A stretch of 64,000 bases of DNA from an uncultured Cryobacterium sp. (lineage in GTDB: Bacteria > Actinomycetota > Actinomycetes > Actinomycetales > Microbacteriaceae): positions 273,547 through 337,546 of the forward strand of contig CAZYYE010000001.1 of assembly GCA_964651535.1 (NCBI GenBank). Direction: 5' to 3'. The notes under the pieces are model-generated. The model was not told the DNA's origin and made no database searches. It worked only from the letters and a program-made list of their open reading frames with translations. The first letter of the stretch is position 1; every line of letters begins with the position of its first letter. Positions 18,555 through 28,767 of the stretch are shown here, piece after piece. The position numbers and the translations under genes are program-made.

Positions 18555-20248
18555 CCCACGGCGCCACCGCCACCGAATTCTCGGCGGCAGTGCTAGCCGA
18601 ATTCGTGCGGCAAGGCGTTCGCCATGTCGTCGTGTGCCCCGGATCGAGATCGCAGGCGCTCGCGCTCGCGGCCGCGCGATTCGAAAAGGCAGGGCTCATC
18701 ACGCTCACCGTTCGCATCGATGAACGCGGGGCCGGATTCCTCGCGCTCGGACTCGCGGTCGAGACCGGAACGCCGGCCATCGTCATCACGACCTCGGGGA
18801 CAGCAGTCGGCAACCTGCTCCCCTCCGTACTGGAGGCGCACCACTCGGGAGTCCCGCTCATCCTGCTGACGGCGGATCGCCCGGAGGAATTACGCGGGAT
18901 CGGATCGAACCAGACCACGAACCAACGCGGGATGTTCGGCGAATTCGTCCGGTTCGCCCGAGAGGTCGAGGCACCGAGCGTTGGCGGATTCGACAAAGGA
19001 TTCCCCGCGCAACTGGCCAGAGCGGCGGTCTCCGCAGCGGTCGGAAACTCGGGAACCCCCGGACCAGTGCACGTGAACATGGCGTTCCGCGAGCCCCTCT
19101 CCGGCCCGTTCGACTCCGCCGTCCTCGACGGCGTGGGTGGGGCGGACCCCGCCCGCGTCGCGCGCCCGGTCGAACCGATCAAGATCGCGCCAGAGCCGTT
19201 CACCGTCGTCATCGCAGGGCACGCCGCGGGCGAGGAGGCGGAAGCGGTCGCGCGAGCGCTCGGGGCCCCCCTGATTGCGGAAGTATCCAGCGGCGCGCAC
19301 TTCGGACGCAACCTCGTCGTCGCATACCGTGAACTGCTCCGCACTCCAGAGTTCGGCGGGCGCGTCCGCCGCGCCATCGTGTTCGGGCACCCGACGCTGA
19401 GCCGTGAAGTTCCGCAGCTCATCGAACGCGACGACGTCGAAACCATTGTGGTCAGAGGGGATGCCGGCGAGGCGTTCAACCCCGGGCACCGGGTCGAGAC
19501 CTTCACCGAGGCCATCGAGGTTGTCGGACCAACCGCGGACGCCGACCCGAGCTGGCTCGGCAGTTGGGTGGCTGCGAGCCGCGCACTCGTCGACGACGAC
19601 ACCGCCATCGACCCTGCAGCAGCGCGCACGGACGACACCGCAGCGGTTGCCGCGTTTGCGAAAGCTCAGCTCGAGGTCTACCGTGAGCCCGTCACGCGAC
19701 GCATGCTCGTGGACGCCGTGTGGCAGAAAACCTGGCCTCACGACAGGCTCGTGTTCGGATCGTCGCGGCTCATCCGCGAAGCCGATAGCGTCGTGCCGGG
19801 CAAACGCATCCGCGTGCATGCGAATCGTGGCCTCGCCGGAATCGACGGCACGATAGCAACGGCGGTAGGAATCGCCCTCGGCAGCCAGCTCGCCGCGGAT
19901 GCCGGAAACGCGCCGGCGGGGACAACCCGTCTGGTGTTGGGGGACCTCGCCTTCCTGCACGACGCGGGGTCTCTCCTCGCAGCGCCCGGCGAACCGGAAC
20001 CGCGCATCCAGGTGATCGTCGGCAACGACGGCGGCGGGACGATCTTCGACTCCCTGGAGGTCGCGGCAACCGCGGACTCGGAGGTATTCGACCGTGTCAT
20101 GTACACGCCGCACGCCGCCCGGCTTGACGCAGTGGCCCACGCGTACGGATGGCAATACCGTCTGGCCGCCAATCGCGGCGAACTCGACGAAGCGCTCAGC
20201 AGCCCCAAAGGACGGACCATCATCGAAGTTCCGCTGCCCCGAGCCTGA
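18551..20248 (+). CDS. menD: 2-Succinyl-5-enolpyruvyl-6-hydroxy-3-cyclohexene-1-carboxylate synthase
   Basis: 565-aa ThDP enzyme with CPGSRS, TTSGTAV and GDLAFLHD motifs. ATGA overlap with the upstream gene. Confidence 0.9.
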   Translation: MTHGATATEFSAAVLAEFVRQGVRHVVVCPGSRSQALALAAARFEKAGLITLTVRIDERGAGFLALGLAVETGTPAIVITTSGTAVGNLLPSVLEAHHSGVPLILLTADRPEELRGIGSNQTTNQRGMFGEFVRFAREVEAPSVGGFDKGFPAQLARAAVSAAVGNSGTPGPVHVNMAFREPLSGPFDSAVLDGVGGADPARVARPVEPIKIAPEPFTVVIAGHAAGEEAEAVARALGAPLIAEVSSGAHFGRNLVVAYRELLRTPEFGGRVRRAIVFGHPTLSREVPQLIERDDVETIVVRGDAGEAFNPGHRVETFTEAIEVVGPTADADPSWLGSWVAASRALVDDDTAIDPAAARTDDTAAVAAFAKAQLEVYREPVTRRMLVDAVWQKTWPHDRLVFGSSRLIREADSVVPGKRIRVHANRGLAGIDGTIATAVGIALGSQLAADAGNAPAGTTRLVLGDLAFLHDAGSLLAAPGEPEPRIQVIVGNDGGGTIFDSLEVAATADSEVFDRVMYTPHAARLDAVAHAYGWQYRLAANRGELDEALSSPKGRTIIEVPLPRA

Positions 20249-20304
20249 GCTCGAGCCCAGATCTTCCGGCTGCGGTCAGGGGTTCGCGCCGGTAGCATCG
20301 GCTC

Positions 20305-21156
20305 ATGTCGAGATCCGAGTGGATAGCAGACCCCGCACCCCTCCTCGCGGTGGGAGACGGATTCGCGTTGTCACAGGTCGACCCGAGGTCCACGCCGGGC
20401 TTCGCCGGCGACAAGCAGGACGGCGAGAGGGTTCTCGCCGAATCCGGCGCCGCCGTCGCCGAGCTCCAGGAGCGCTTGTACGCCCAAAGCCGATCCGGGG
20501 ACGCGAGGCGGGTCCTTCTCGTTCTGCAGGCCATGGATACGGCGGGCAAGGGCGGGGTGATCCGCCACGTGATCGGGGCGATCGACCCGCAGGGGACGAA
20601 AGTCTACGGGTTCAAGAAACCGACGCCGGAGGAGCTCTCCCACGACTTCCTCTGGCGCGTACGCCGCCAGGTTCCGGGACCCGGGATCGTCGGAGTGTTT
20701 GACCGCTCCCACTACGAAGACGTGTTGATCGGACGGGTGCGGAGCCTCGCGCCGATCGACGAAATCGAGGCGCGGTACGGGCAGATCGTGGCGTTCGAGG
20801 ATGAGCTCGTCGCGGAGGGCACGACGATCATCAAAGTCATGCTCCACATCAGCCCCGGCGAACAGAAGGCGAGGCTCGCGGAGCGTCTCGATCGCCCGGA
20901 CAAGCACTGGAAGTACAACCCGGGAGACATTGACGAGCGAGTGTTGTGGCCCGACTACCAGGACGCGTACCAGCTCGTGTTCGAACGCACGTCGACGCCG
21001 GCCGCGCCGTGGTTTGTGGTTCCCGCCGATCGCAAATGGTATGCCCGGATTGCCGTGCAGCGGCTTCTGCTGGGTGCGCTGCGCCGACTCGACCCGAAGT
21101 GGCCCGTCGCCACCTTCGATGTCGAAGCGGAACGGAAGCGTCTCGCGGCATCCTGA
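20305..21156 (+). CDS. Polyphosphate kinase 2 (PPK2) family protein
   Basis: Walker-A-like QAMDTAGKGG, FDRSHYEDV and the overall PPK2 length. Confidence 0.85.
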   Translation: MSRSEWIADPAPLLAVGDGFALSQVDPRSTPGFAGDKQDGERVLAESGAAVAELQERLYAQSRSGDARRVLLVLQAMDTAGKGGVIRHVIGAIDPQGTKVYGFKKPTPEELSHDFLWRVRRQVPGPGIVGVFDRSHYEDVLIGRVRSLAPIDEIEARYGQIVAFEDELVAEGTTIIKVMLHISPGEQKARLAERLDRPDKHWKYNPGDIDERVLWPDYQDAYQLVFERTSTPAAPWFVVPADRKWYARIAVQRLLLGALRRLDPKWPVATFDVEAERKRLAAS

Positions 21157-21187
21157 ACAGGACGAGCTTCGGTGTTGCGGAGCGAGC

Positions 21188-22441
21188 TTACGCGGTGAAC
21201 GCCTCGATGATGGGGCGGAACTTGAGCGACGTTTCCGCGAGTTCGTGGTCAGCGACAGACTCGGCGACGATGCCGGCGCCCGCGTAGGCGCGCAGAACAT
21301 CGTCACGACCGATCTGGGCGCAGCGCAGGGCGATCGCCCACTCGCCGTCGCCATCCGACCCGACCCAACCGACGGGTCCCGCGTAACGTCCGCGGTCGAA
21401 CGGTTCGAGCTCATCGATGAGGGACACCGCCGACCGGGTCGGGGTGCCCGCAACGGCAGCCGTCGGGTGGAGTGCGCCGATCAGGTCGAGTGAACTCGAG
21501 CCGTCGGCGAGCGCGCCCTCCACATCGCTCGCGAGATGCCACAGGTTCGGGAGCCTCAGCGTGAACGGCATTTCGCTGGCCGTGACCGCAGGGCTGTGCG
21601 GCCGGAGAGCGGCGAGCACGCTCTGCACCGCGTACTGGTGCTCGTCCTGGTCCTTGGCCGAGGTGGCGAGCGCGACGGATGCCTGCTGGTCGGTTGCCGA
21701 GTCCACTCCGCGCGCTGCGCTGCCGGCGAGCACGCGCGCCGTCACTGTGCCGGTGCTCACTCCCACGAGGGTTTCCGGGCTCGATCCGAGAAAATCGTCG
21801 ACCGCGAACGTCCAGCAGTCGGGGTACCCGCTCGCGAGCACCGCCAACGCCGCCGCGGTGTCTGCGCCCGGCGGCAGTTGCGCGACCATGTCCCGCGCGA
21901 GCACGACTTTGCTCGGTTCACCGCTGTCGATTCTGGACAAAGCCGCATCGACCGCCGCGAGGTAACCGTCGGGGCTGAGCGCGCCGCTGCCGAAGGCGAC
22001 GCTCCCGATCGGGGTGGGCGTGCGCGGCGCGGGCACCGCAGTTTCCGGTTGAGCATCGTCGGTGAGGCGAATGCGGGTGAGCCAGGCCTGCCCGTCCCGA
22101 CGGCCCACGACGAGCGACGGGACGATGAGAACGCTGGGGGCTTCAGAGCGGCTCGAGAACGCGAACGCGCCGAATGCGATGAGACCTGAGCCCTGGATGC
22201 CGAGCGGATCGTCCACCGTCGCGCGACCGGCAAGTGTGCGCCAGTCTCTGGCCGCATCCTCGAATCGGTTTGCTCCGGAGAACTCGAGGCGAAGAGCGGA
22301 GCCGAACCCCACCATTCCTTCGCCGCGGCGCAGCCACAGCAACTGTTCCCTCGGCGGGAGGAGGTCGGCAAGCGATGTCAGGTCGTCGATTCGCACTGTC
22401 GATGAAGTGAGGGAGGGAAGCTCTCGTCCGCGCTCGATCAC
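21188..22441 (-). CDS. menF: Isochorismate synthase
   Basis: Chorismate-binding C-terminal motifs (FDRGRYAGPVGW, AGAGIVA). I use the GTG start at 22441; the track start at 22615 would overlap menG. Confidence 0.85.
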   Translation of the reverse strand: MIERGRELPSLTSSTVRIDDLTSLADLLPPREQLLWLRRGEGMVGFGSALRLEFSGANRFEDAARDWRTLAGRATVDDPLGIQGSGLIAFGAFAFSSRSEAPSVLIVPSLVVGRRDGQAWLTRIRLTDDAQPETAVPAPRTPTPIGSVAFGSGALSPDGYLAAVDAALSRIDSGEPSKVVLARDMVAQLPPGADTAAALAVLASGYPDCWTFAVDDFLGSSPETLVGVSTGTVTARVLAGSAARGVDSATDQQASVALATSAKDQDEHQYAVQSVLAALRPHSPAVTASEMPFTLRLPNLWHLASDVEGALADGSSSLDLIGALHPTAAVAGTPTRSAVSLIDELEPFDRGRYAGPVGWVGSDGDGEWAIALRCAQIGRDDVLRAYAGAGIVAESVADHELAETSLKFRPIIEAFTA

Positions 22442-22506
22442 GTCACCAGCGTAGCCTCGGTTGGGGTGACGGCGGCGCGTCCCCGTGGCCGAATAGACTG
22501 GCAGGT

Positions 22507-23247
22507 ATGGCCACGGCGGATTTGAGCAGGCAACCCGACGAGGTTGCGGCGATGTTCGACGGCGTGGCCAAAAACTACGACAGGACGAATGCCCTCCTGT
22601 CGGTGGGAAATTCATGGTTGTGGCGGTTCCAGACCGTACGGGCGATCGCGCCCGTCACGGGGGAGCGCATCCTCGACATTGCGGCAGGAACCGGTACGAG
22701 TTCCGCCGCCATCGCCCGCAGCGGCGCGGACGTGGTCGCCGTCGACTTCTCCCCGGGCATGATCGAGGTGGGCCGCACGAAGCACCCGAAAATCGAGTTT
22801 CTCGAGGCGGACGCAATGGCGCTTCCCTTCAAAGCGAACGAATTCGACGCTGTCACGATCTCGTTCGGTTTGCGCAACATCGAGGATCCGCGCAAAGCGC
22901 TTAAGGAGATGTTCCGAGTGTTGAAGCCCGGCGGGCGCGTCGTCGTGTGCGAGTTCTCCAAACCGACTCAAGCGCTCCTTCGTGCCGGATACGGCGCGTA
23001 CCTCAAGTACGTCATGCCGCGGGTCGTCGAAGTCGCGAGTTCGAACCCCGAGGCCTATACCTACCTCGCCGAGTCGATCAACGAGTGGCCGGATCAGGCC
23101 ACGCTCAGCCAGTGGATGCGCGGCGCCGGTTTCACCCGGGTCGCCTACCGCAACCTGACCTCCGGTGTCGTGGCCCTGCATCGCGGCCACAAGCCGAATC
23201 GCAAGGCACGGGCGAAGCCGGTGACCGGGGAAGCGAAGACGGCATGA
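22507..23247 (+). CDS. menG: Demethylmenaquinone methyltransferase
   Basis: UbiE/MenG pattern: FDGVAKNYDRTN, SAM motif ILDIAAGTGTSS and RVLKPGGR. Confidence 0.9.
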   Translation: MATADLSRQPDEVAAMFDGVAKNYDRTNALLSVGNSWLWRFQTVRAIAPVTGERILDIAAGTGTSSAAIARSGADVVAVDFSPGMIEVGRTKHPKIEFLEADAMALPFKANEFDAVTISFGLRNIEDPRKALKEMFRVLKPGGRVVVCEFSKPTQALLRAGYGAYLKYVMPRVVEVASSNPEAYTYLAESINEWPDQATLSQWMRGAGFTRVAYRNLTSGVVALHRGHKPNRKARAKPVTGEAKTA

Positions 23248-24317
23248 GGTCTCAGCAGGAGATCCAGCAATTGCGGCGCCGCCACAAGCTGAAGTCGGCA
23301 ATCGGCCTAGGCGAAACGCTTTTCGCGTCCGCGGAGGACAGACGATTCGCTGTCGCGCTGGAGGAGGGTCTCGAGAAGGTGGAGAGCGGCCTTCTCGCCG
23401 AAATGACGTTCGCCGACAATCTGGCGGACGTCACGGCCCGCTATCTGTTCGACGCGGGAGGCAAGCGGATCCGTCCGACCCTGACCCTTTTGACGGCGCA
23501 ACTGGGCGAGGGGAACATCGATGATGTCATCGTGGCTGCCCAGGCGATGGAGATCACGCATCTCGCATCGCTGTACCACGACGACGTCATGGATGAGGCG
23601 GAACTGCGACGGGGCGTTCCGAGTGTGCAGTCGGTGTGGGGAAACTCGGTCGCAATCCTCACCGGTGACCTTCTCTTCGCGCGAGCCGGCAGGCTCATCG
23701 CGAGCCTCGGCGAGCGGGCTGTGCGGTTGCAGGCTTTGACGTTCGAACGCCTTTGCCTCGGGCAGCTTCACGAAACGATCGGGCCGGATCCTGACGATGA
23801 CCCGATCGAGCACTACATTCAGGTGCTTAGGGACAAGACGGGGTCGCTCATCTCCGCGGCGGCCGAAGTCGGGGTGATCTTCTCGAACGCGCCGACCGAG
23901 TACGAGAAACCGGTGCGCGAGTTCGGCGAGAAGATCGGGGTCGCGTTCCAGTTGATCGACGACGTCATCGACCTTTCGGCGGAAGTGGATGAAACCGGGA
24001 AGACGCCGGGGACCGACTTGCGTGCCGGGGTCGCGACGCTGCCCATCCTGTACCTGAGGAAGCTCGCCGTGGATGACGCCGACGCGGCGGCCCTTCTGGC
24101 GCGCATCGATCGCGGTGTGAACGGCGGGCCCGTGGCGACTGAGGAGTTCACTCACGCGGTCGCCGAGCTGCGTGTCCACCCGGTGACCGGGGCAACGCTC
24201 GACGAAGCACGCCGGTGGGCCCGGGAGGGCGTTGAGGCGCTGTCCGCGCTCCCCGACGCACCCGTCCGCCGCGCGCTCACGAGGTTCGCCGACACGCTCG
24301 TCGAGCGTTCTAACTGA
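23244..24317 (+). CDS. Polyprenyl diphosphate synthase (menaquinone side chain)
   Basis: Two DDxxD motifs (LYHDDVMDEA and FQLIDDVIDL). Start at ATG 23244, in an ATGA overlap with the menG stop. Confidence 0.9.
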   Translation: MRSQQEIQQLRRRHKLKSAIGLGETLFASAEDRRFAVALEEGLEKVESGLLAEMTFADNLADVTARYLFDAGGKRIRPTLTLLTAQLGEGNIDDVIVAAQAMEITHLASLYHDDVMDEAELRRGVPSVQSVWGNSVAILTGDLLFARAGRLIASLGERAVRLQALTFERLCLGQLHETIGPDPDDDPIEHYIQVLRDKTGSLISAAAEVGVIFSNAPTEYEKPVREFGEKIGVAFQLIDDVIDLSAEVDETGKTPGTDLRAGVATLPILYLRKLAVDDADAAALLARIDRGVNGGPVATEEFTHAVAELRVHPVTGATLDEARRWAREGVEALSALPDAPVRRALTRFADTLVERSN

Positions 24318-24331
24318 GACTGCGCAACCCA

Positions 24332-25723
24332 ATGGGTCCCACTCCGCAGGAGACTTCAGTGACGGAACTGCCGCGCACCACGCTGCGCGTGGCGATCGTC
24401 GGCGCGGGCCCCGCCGGGATCTTCGCGGCCGACCTGCTCCTCAAGGCGGAGCGGCACTTCGACGTGTCGATCGACTTGTTCGAGCAGTTGCCTGCACCCT
24501 ATGGCCTCGTGCGGTACGGCGTCGCCCCCGACCATCCGCGGATCAAGGGAATCGTGAACGCCTTGCGGGAGGTGCTGGATGGCGGCAACATCCGCCTGTT
24601 CGGCAACGTGCGATACGGCCGCGACATCACGCTCGACGATCTGAAGCGCCACTACAACGCGGTGATCTTCACGACGGGAGCCGTGAAGGATGCCGAACTG
24701 GAGATCCCCGGCGTGAACCTGCCCGGCAGTTTCGGCGCCGCCGAGTTCGTGAGCTGGTACGACGGTCATCCGGACGTTCCGCGCGACTGGCCGCTCGACC
24801 AACGAACGGCGGCCGTGATCGGCAACGGCAATGTTGCCCTCGACGTCACGCGCATGCTCGCGAAACACGCCGAGGACCTGCTGCCGACTGAGGTGCCGGC
24901 GAGCGTGTACGCGCGGCTCGCCGCATCGCCCATCACGGACGTTCACCTGTTCGGTCGGCGCGGGCCGCTTCAGGTGAGGTTCACGCCGCTCGAATTGAGG
25001 GAGCTCGGCGAGTTGCGGGACGTCGACCTCATCCTCGACGAGGCGGACTTCGGAATCGACCCTTCGGATGAGCGTTCCATCGCCACGAACAAGCAGTTGT
25101 TCGTCATCAACCGGGTCCTCACCGACTGGCGATCGCGTTCGACAGGCCAGGCGTCGCGCCGCATCCACTTGCACTTCTATTCGCGCCCCGTCGAGATTCT
25201 CGGAACTGACCGGGTGACCGGGATCCGCGTTGAGCGCACAGCCCCGGATGGCGAGGGCGGCGTCGAAGGCACGGGGGAGTTCCGCGACTACGCGGTCGAC
25301 GGCGTGTACCGGGCGATCGGCTACTTCGGCACGCCGCTTGCGGACATCCCGTTCGATGATCGCCGGGGCGTCATCCCCAACCGTGCTGGCCGTGCGATCG
25401 ACGATGAGGGCGAAGAAGTGCCTGGGGTGTACGCGAGCGGCTGGATCAAGCGGGGCCCGGTCGGGCTGATCGGCGCGACGAAGAGCGACGCGATGGAGAC
25501 CGTGCAGGCCGTTCTCGGGGATCAGGCTCAATGGTGGTCGCCCGAGGAGCCGTCACCGGAGGCGGTCGCGGCCATGCTCGACGCACGCGGCATCCGGTTC
25601 ACGACGGTGGAGGGTTGGCACCGGTTGGATGCGCACGAGCGCGCTCTTGGCGAAGCAGAGGAGCGCGAACGCATCAAGGTGGTTCCTCGGGACGAGATGG
25701 TGGACATCTCGCGCGCGGACTGA
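24332..25723 (+). CDS. FprA-type NADPH:ferredoxin (adrenodoxin-reductase-like) oxidoreductase
   Basis: FAD motif VAIVGAGPAGIFAA, NADP motif VIGNGNVALDV, and an overall resemblance to mycobacterial FprA. Confidence 0.85.
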   Translation: MGPTPQETSVTELPRTTLRVAIVGAGPAGIFAADLLLKAERHFDVSIDLFEQLPAPYGLVRYGVAPDHPRIKGIVNALREVLDGGNIRLFGNVRYGRDITLDDLKRHYNAVIFTTGAVKDAELEIPGVNLPGSFGAAEFVSWYDGHPDVPRDWPLDQRTAAVIGNGNVALDVTRMLAKHAEDLLPTEVPASVYARLAASPITDVHLFGRRGPLQVRFTPLELRELGELRDVDLILDEADFGIDPSDERSIATNKQLFVINRVLTDWRSRSTGQASRRIHLHFYSRPVEILGTDRVTGIRVERTAPDGEGGVEGTGEFRDYAVDGVYRAIGYFGTPLADIPFDDRRGVIPNRAGRAIDDEGEEVPGVYASGWIKRGPVGLIGATKSDAMETVQAVLGDQAQWWSPEEPSPEAVAAMLDARGIRFTTVEGWHRLDAHERALGEAEERERIKVVPRDEMVDISRAD

Positions 25724-25728
25724 GCGCC

Positions 25729-27192
25729 TCACTGCACGGCTGATGTGAGCCGCGCGAGGTTGTCGAGCACTTTCGAGAAGAACGGGCGTGCGAGCCACTC
25801 GTCGAGGCCGAGCTCCCTGCTGTTGCGTCGGTAGTCGTCCTCCAGCTCGCGCAGGTCGCTCACGAATGAGTGACCTCTCACCATCACGGAAATCTCCAGG
25901 TTCAGGCTGAACGACCGCATGTCCATGTTGCTCGAGCCGATCACGGCCACCTGGTCGTCGATCGTGAAATGCTTCGGATGCAGCACGGTGGGGGCGCGAT
26001 AAAGCCAGATCCGCACCCCGGCCTTCAGCAACTCCTCGTAGTAGCTGCGCTGGGCGTGGTACACGACAGGCTGATCGCCGATCTCCGACATGAAGACTTC
26101 GACGTTGAGCCCGCTCTGCGCGGCGGTCGTGATCGCATACAGCATGGATTCGTCTGGCACGAAATAGGGGCTGCAAATCGTGATGCGCTCCTGTGCCGCG
26201 TAGAGCAGCGAGTTGAACAGGCGCAGGTTGTTCTCCCCGTCGAACGACGGCCCGCTCGGGACGACTTGCGCTCCGACCCGTTCCCGCACGGGAGCCTTTC
26301 GCGCCGGGCTCACTTCGCGCGTGATCAGTTCGTCGGTTTCGCTGTACCAATCCGTGACAAACAGCGCGTTGATTCCCGCGACGATGGGCCCTTCGAATCG
26401 CACCATGAGGTCGATCCAGTGCAGGCCGCGGCGCAGGTTGGAGCGTTTGTTGTAACTGGAATCGATGATGTTCTGCGAGCCGGTGAACGCGACGAGCCCG
26501 TCGACGACAAGGAGCTTGCGGTGGTTGCGAAGGTCGATGCGCTGGAATCGTCCGCGGAACGGCTGGAACGGGAGCATGAGCTGCCACTTCACTCCCATGG
26601 ACTTGAGTCGGCGAATCGTCCTGCGGTAACCGGGCGAGCGCAGCGATGCAATGTGGTCGAGCAGAACCCGTACCGTCACCCCCCGGGCTGCGGCCGCTTC
26701 GAGGGCGTCGAAATAGGGCGCGGTCGTCTCGTCCAGGGCCATGATGTAGAACTCGGAGTGCACGTACTTCTTCGCCTTGCCCACAGCATCCGTCATCGCC
26801 TGCAGGGATTCCAGATAGTCGGGGTACAGTTGCGCGTCGTTTCCGCCTACGAGGGGCATCGCGCCGAGGTTGCGGTTGAGGGTCGCGATCGGCTCGAGCC
26901 ACTCCGGCCACGGGTGCTCATGCGAGAGCTGGTCGATGCCTTCCGTAGTTTCCAGGATGTAGCGGTTGATTTCGTCCTGTTTGTCGCGGCGGCCCTTCGG
27001 AAGGTGCCGGCTGCCGAGCACGAGGAACAGCAGGACGCCGATGTAGGGCAGGAAGAAGATGGCGAGCAGCCACGCCATGGCGGTTTGCGGCCGCCGGTTT
27101 CGCGGGACGACGATGAGCGCGACGACGCGCACCACGAAGTCGATTGCGACGAGGATCGCGGCAATCCACACGGTCAGTGTCCAACCGTTCAC
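25729..27192 (-). CDS. cls: Cardiolipin synthase (PLD superfamily)
   Basis: Two N-terminal TMs and two HKD motifs (NHRKLLVVDG and LHPKHFTIDD). Confidence 0.9.
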   Translation of the reverse strand: MNGWTLTVWIAAILVAIDFVVRVVALIVVPRNRRPQTAMAWLLAIFFLPYIGVLLFLVLGSRHLPKGRRDKQDEINRYILETTEGIDQLSHEHPWPEWLEPIATLNRNLGAMPLVGGNDAQLYPDYLESLQAMTDAVGKAKKYVHSEFYIMALDETTAPYFDALEAAAARGVTVRVLLDHIASLRSPGYRRTIRRLKSMGVKWQLMLPFQPFRGRFQRIDLRNHRKLLVVDGLVAFTGSQNIIDSSYNKRSNLRRGLHWIDLMVRFEGPIVAGINALFVTDWYSETDELITREVSPARKAPVRERVGAQVVPSGPSFDGENNLRLFNSLLYAAQERITICSPYFVPDESMLYAITTAAQSGLNVEVFMSEIGDQPVVYHAQRSYYEELLKAGVRIWLYRAPTVLHPKHFTIDDQVAVIGSSNMDMRSFSLNLEISVMVRGHSFVSDLRELEDDYRRNSRELGLDEWLARPFFSKVLDNLARLTSAVQ

Positions 27193-27234
27193 GGTGCTCC
27201 GATCCGTCGTGCGCCCTCGCGCTGCGGCGCTGCG

Positions 27235-27723
27235 CTATCTGAAGTTGACGAACTGCAGGTCGACGTCGAGTTTCGCGCCCTTGAGCATCGCCATCGTGGC
27301 CTGAAGGTCGTCGCGGCTTTTCGAGCTCACCCGCAGTTCGTCGCCCTGGATCTGCGCCTTCACGCTCTTGGGGGCTTCGTCGCGGATCAGCTTCGAAATC
27401 TTCTTGGCATCCTCCTGCGCGATGCCCTGCTTGACGCCCGCCTCGATGCGGAACTCCTTGCCCGAGGCGTACGGTTCGCCGGCGTCAAGGCTGCGGAGGG
27501 AAATGCCGCGTTTGATGAGTTTGGATTCGAACACTTCGAGCACCGCCTTCACGCGCTCTTCCGTGCTGGCCTTCATGAGGATCTTCTCGCCGCTGAATCC
27601 GATGTCGGCGCCCACATTCTTGAAGTCGTACCGCTGGGCGATCTCCTTCTGGGCCTGGTGGAGCGCATTGTCGAGCTCCATCTTGTCCACTTTGCTGACG
27701 ATGTCAAAGGTTGAATCTGCCAT
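27235..27723 (-). CDS. YajQ-family nucleotide-binding protein
   Basis: 162 aa starting [35 protein letters not shown] and ending FVNFR, the canonical YajQ/DUF520 pattern. The track start at 27897 is an upstream extension. Confidence 0.85.
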   Translation of the reverse strand: MADSTFDIVSKVDKMELDNALHQAQKEIAQRYDFKNVGADIGFSGEKILMKASTEERVKAVLEVFESKLIKRGISLRSLDAGEPYASGKEFRIEAGVKQGIAQEDAKKISKLIRDEAPKSVKAQIQGDELRVSSKSRDDLQATMAMLKGAKLDVDLQFVNFR

Positions 27724-27786
27724 GCGCCCAATGGTAGCCGGGACCCGTGTCGGCAGTTCCCGGGTTCGCATGGTGAGATAGCCGGG

Positions 27787-28578
27787 ATGACTTCCATTCC
27801 GCGCCGACTTCCGAGGATCGCCACTGTCGTCGTGGCGGTTGTGCTCGGCGTCGCCGTGCTCTCCGCGTTGACCATCATCGTGCTCACTCCCCGCCACCAG
27901 GAGCCGGTGCCAACGTCGTCGCCCGCGGAACCGCCCGGCCCGGACTATGCGTTGCCGCCGGAGCCGCCTCCCGTGGCGGCCGAGCCGATCCGCGGCGGCG
28001 TGGCAGGCTACGCCGATGACGGGTGGGTCAGGCGAGTCTCGCTGGCTTCAGGGATTCCGGAGCGTGCATTGGCTGCCTACGCGGGCGCAGCAATTGCGAA
28101 GGCCAGCGCCATGCCGTCGTGCGGGCTGGGTTGGTCGACGCTTGCCGGGATCGGTTTCGTCGAAAGCGACCACGGCAGGCACGGCGGCTCGACGGTGGGC
28201 GAGGACGGCACGGTCTCTCCGCCAATCTTCGGGATTGCGCTCGACGGTTCCGCGTCCTCGCACATCCCGGATTCCGATGGCGGAGAGATCGACGGCGATG
28301 CCGAGTTCGATCGCGCGGTCGGGCCGATGCAGCTCATCCCGCAGACCTGGCGAAACTGGCATGTCGACGGGAGCGGCGACGGGGTCGAGGATCCGCAGAA
28401 CATCGACGACGCTGTCGTCGCAACCTCCAACTACCTGTGCAGGGCCAGCGGCGACATGGTGGATCGTGCGGGCTGGCGTGCCGGCGTGCTCGCGTACAAC
28501 GGCTCCGACGAGTATGCGCAGGCGGTCGCGAACGCGGCCAACCGTTACGCAAAGGCCGCGGCCGGCTTCGGCGGGTGA
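27787..28578 (+). CDS. Lytic transglycosylase domain protein
   Basis: N-terminal TM, a Pro-rich linker, then GFVESDHG ... [10 protein letters not shown] ... NYL, typical of MltB-like actinobacterial transglycosylases. Confidence 0.8.
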   Translation: MTSIPRRLPRIATVVVAVVLGVAVLSALTIIVLTPRHQEPVPTSSPAEPPGPDYALPPEPPPVAAEPIRGGVAGYADDGWVRRVSLASGIPERALAAYAGAAIAKASAMPSCGLGWSTLAGIGFVESDHGRHGGSTVGEDGTVSPPIFGIALDGSASSHIPDSDGGEIDGDAEFDRAVGPMQLIPQTWRNWHVDGSGDGVEDPQNIDDAVVATSNYLCRASGDMVDRAGWRAGVLAYNGSDEYAQAVANAANRYAKAAAGFGG

Positions 28579-28682
28579 ATCGGGGCAGGAGCAGAGCGTC
28601 GAAAGTGATCATGCGTGCCCGCAGAGCACGCTATCCTTGAGTTCTGTCTCCGGTCAGATGAATACATGTGGCCGGAGCACCT

Positions 28683-28767
28683 GGCAAGTTACCCAAGCGG
28701 CCAAAGGGATCTGACTGTAAATCAGACGTCTCAGACTTCACAGGTTCGAATCCTGTACTTGCCACCA
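28683..28767 (+). tRNA. tRNA-Tyr (GTA), CCA encoded
   Basis: Folded by hand: acceptor GGCAAGT/ACTTGCC, anticodon loop CTGTAAA, long variable arm, T-arm ACAGG-TTCGAAT-CCTGT, discriminator A plus CCA. Confidence 0.9.

Noticed and set aside
22442-22615. Upstream 58 codons of track ORF 21188..22615 (menF)
   Set aside because: They would overlap the divergent menG start by >100 nt, and they encode a Pro/Arg-rich string. The GTG at 22441 gives a normal isochorismate synthase N terminus.
25870-27714. 614-aa plus-strand ORF
   Set aside because: It is antisense to cardiolipin synthase (two HKD motifs) and yajQ. It is a shadow ORF.
28668-28766. N-terminal 33 codons of track ORF 28668..29588
   Set aside because: This part runs straight through tRNA-Tyr. 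The family-typical N terminus begins at the ATG at 28767.
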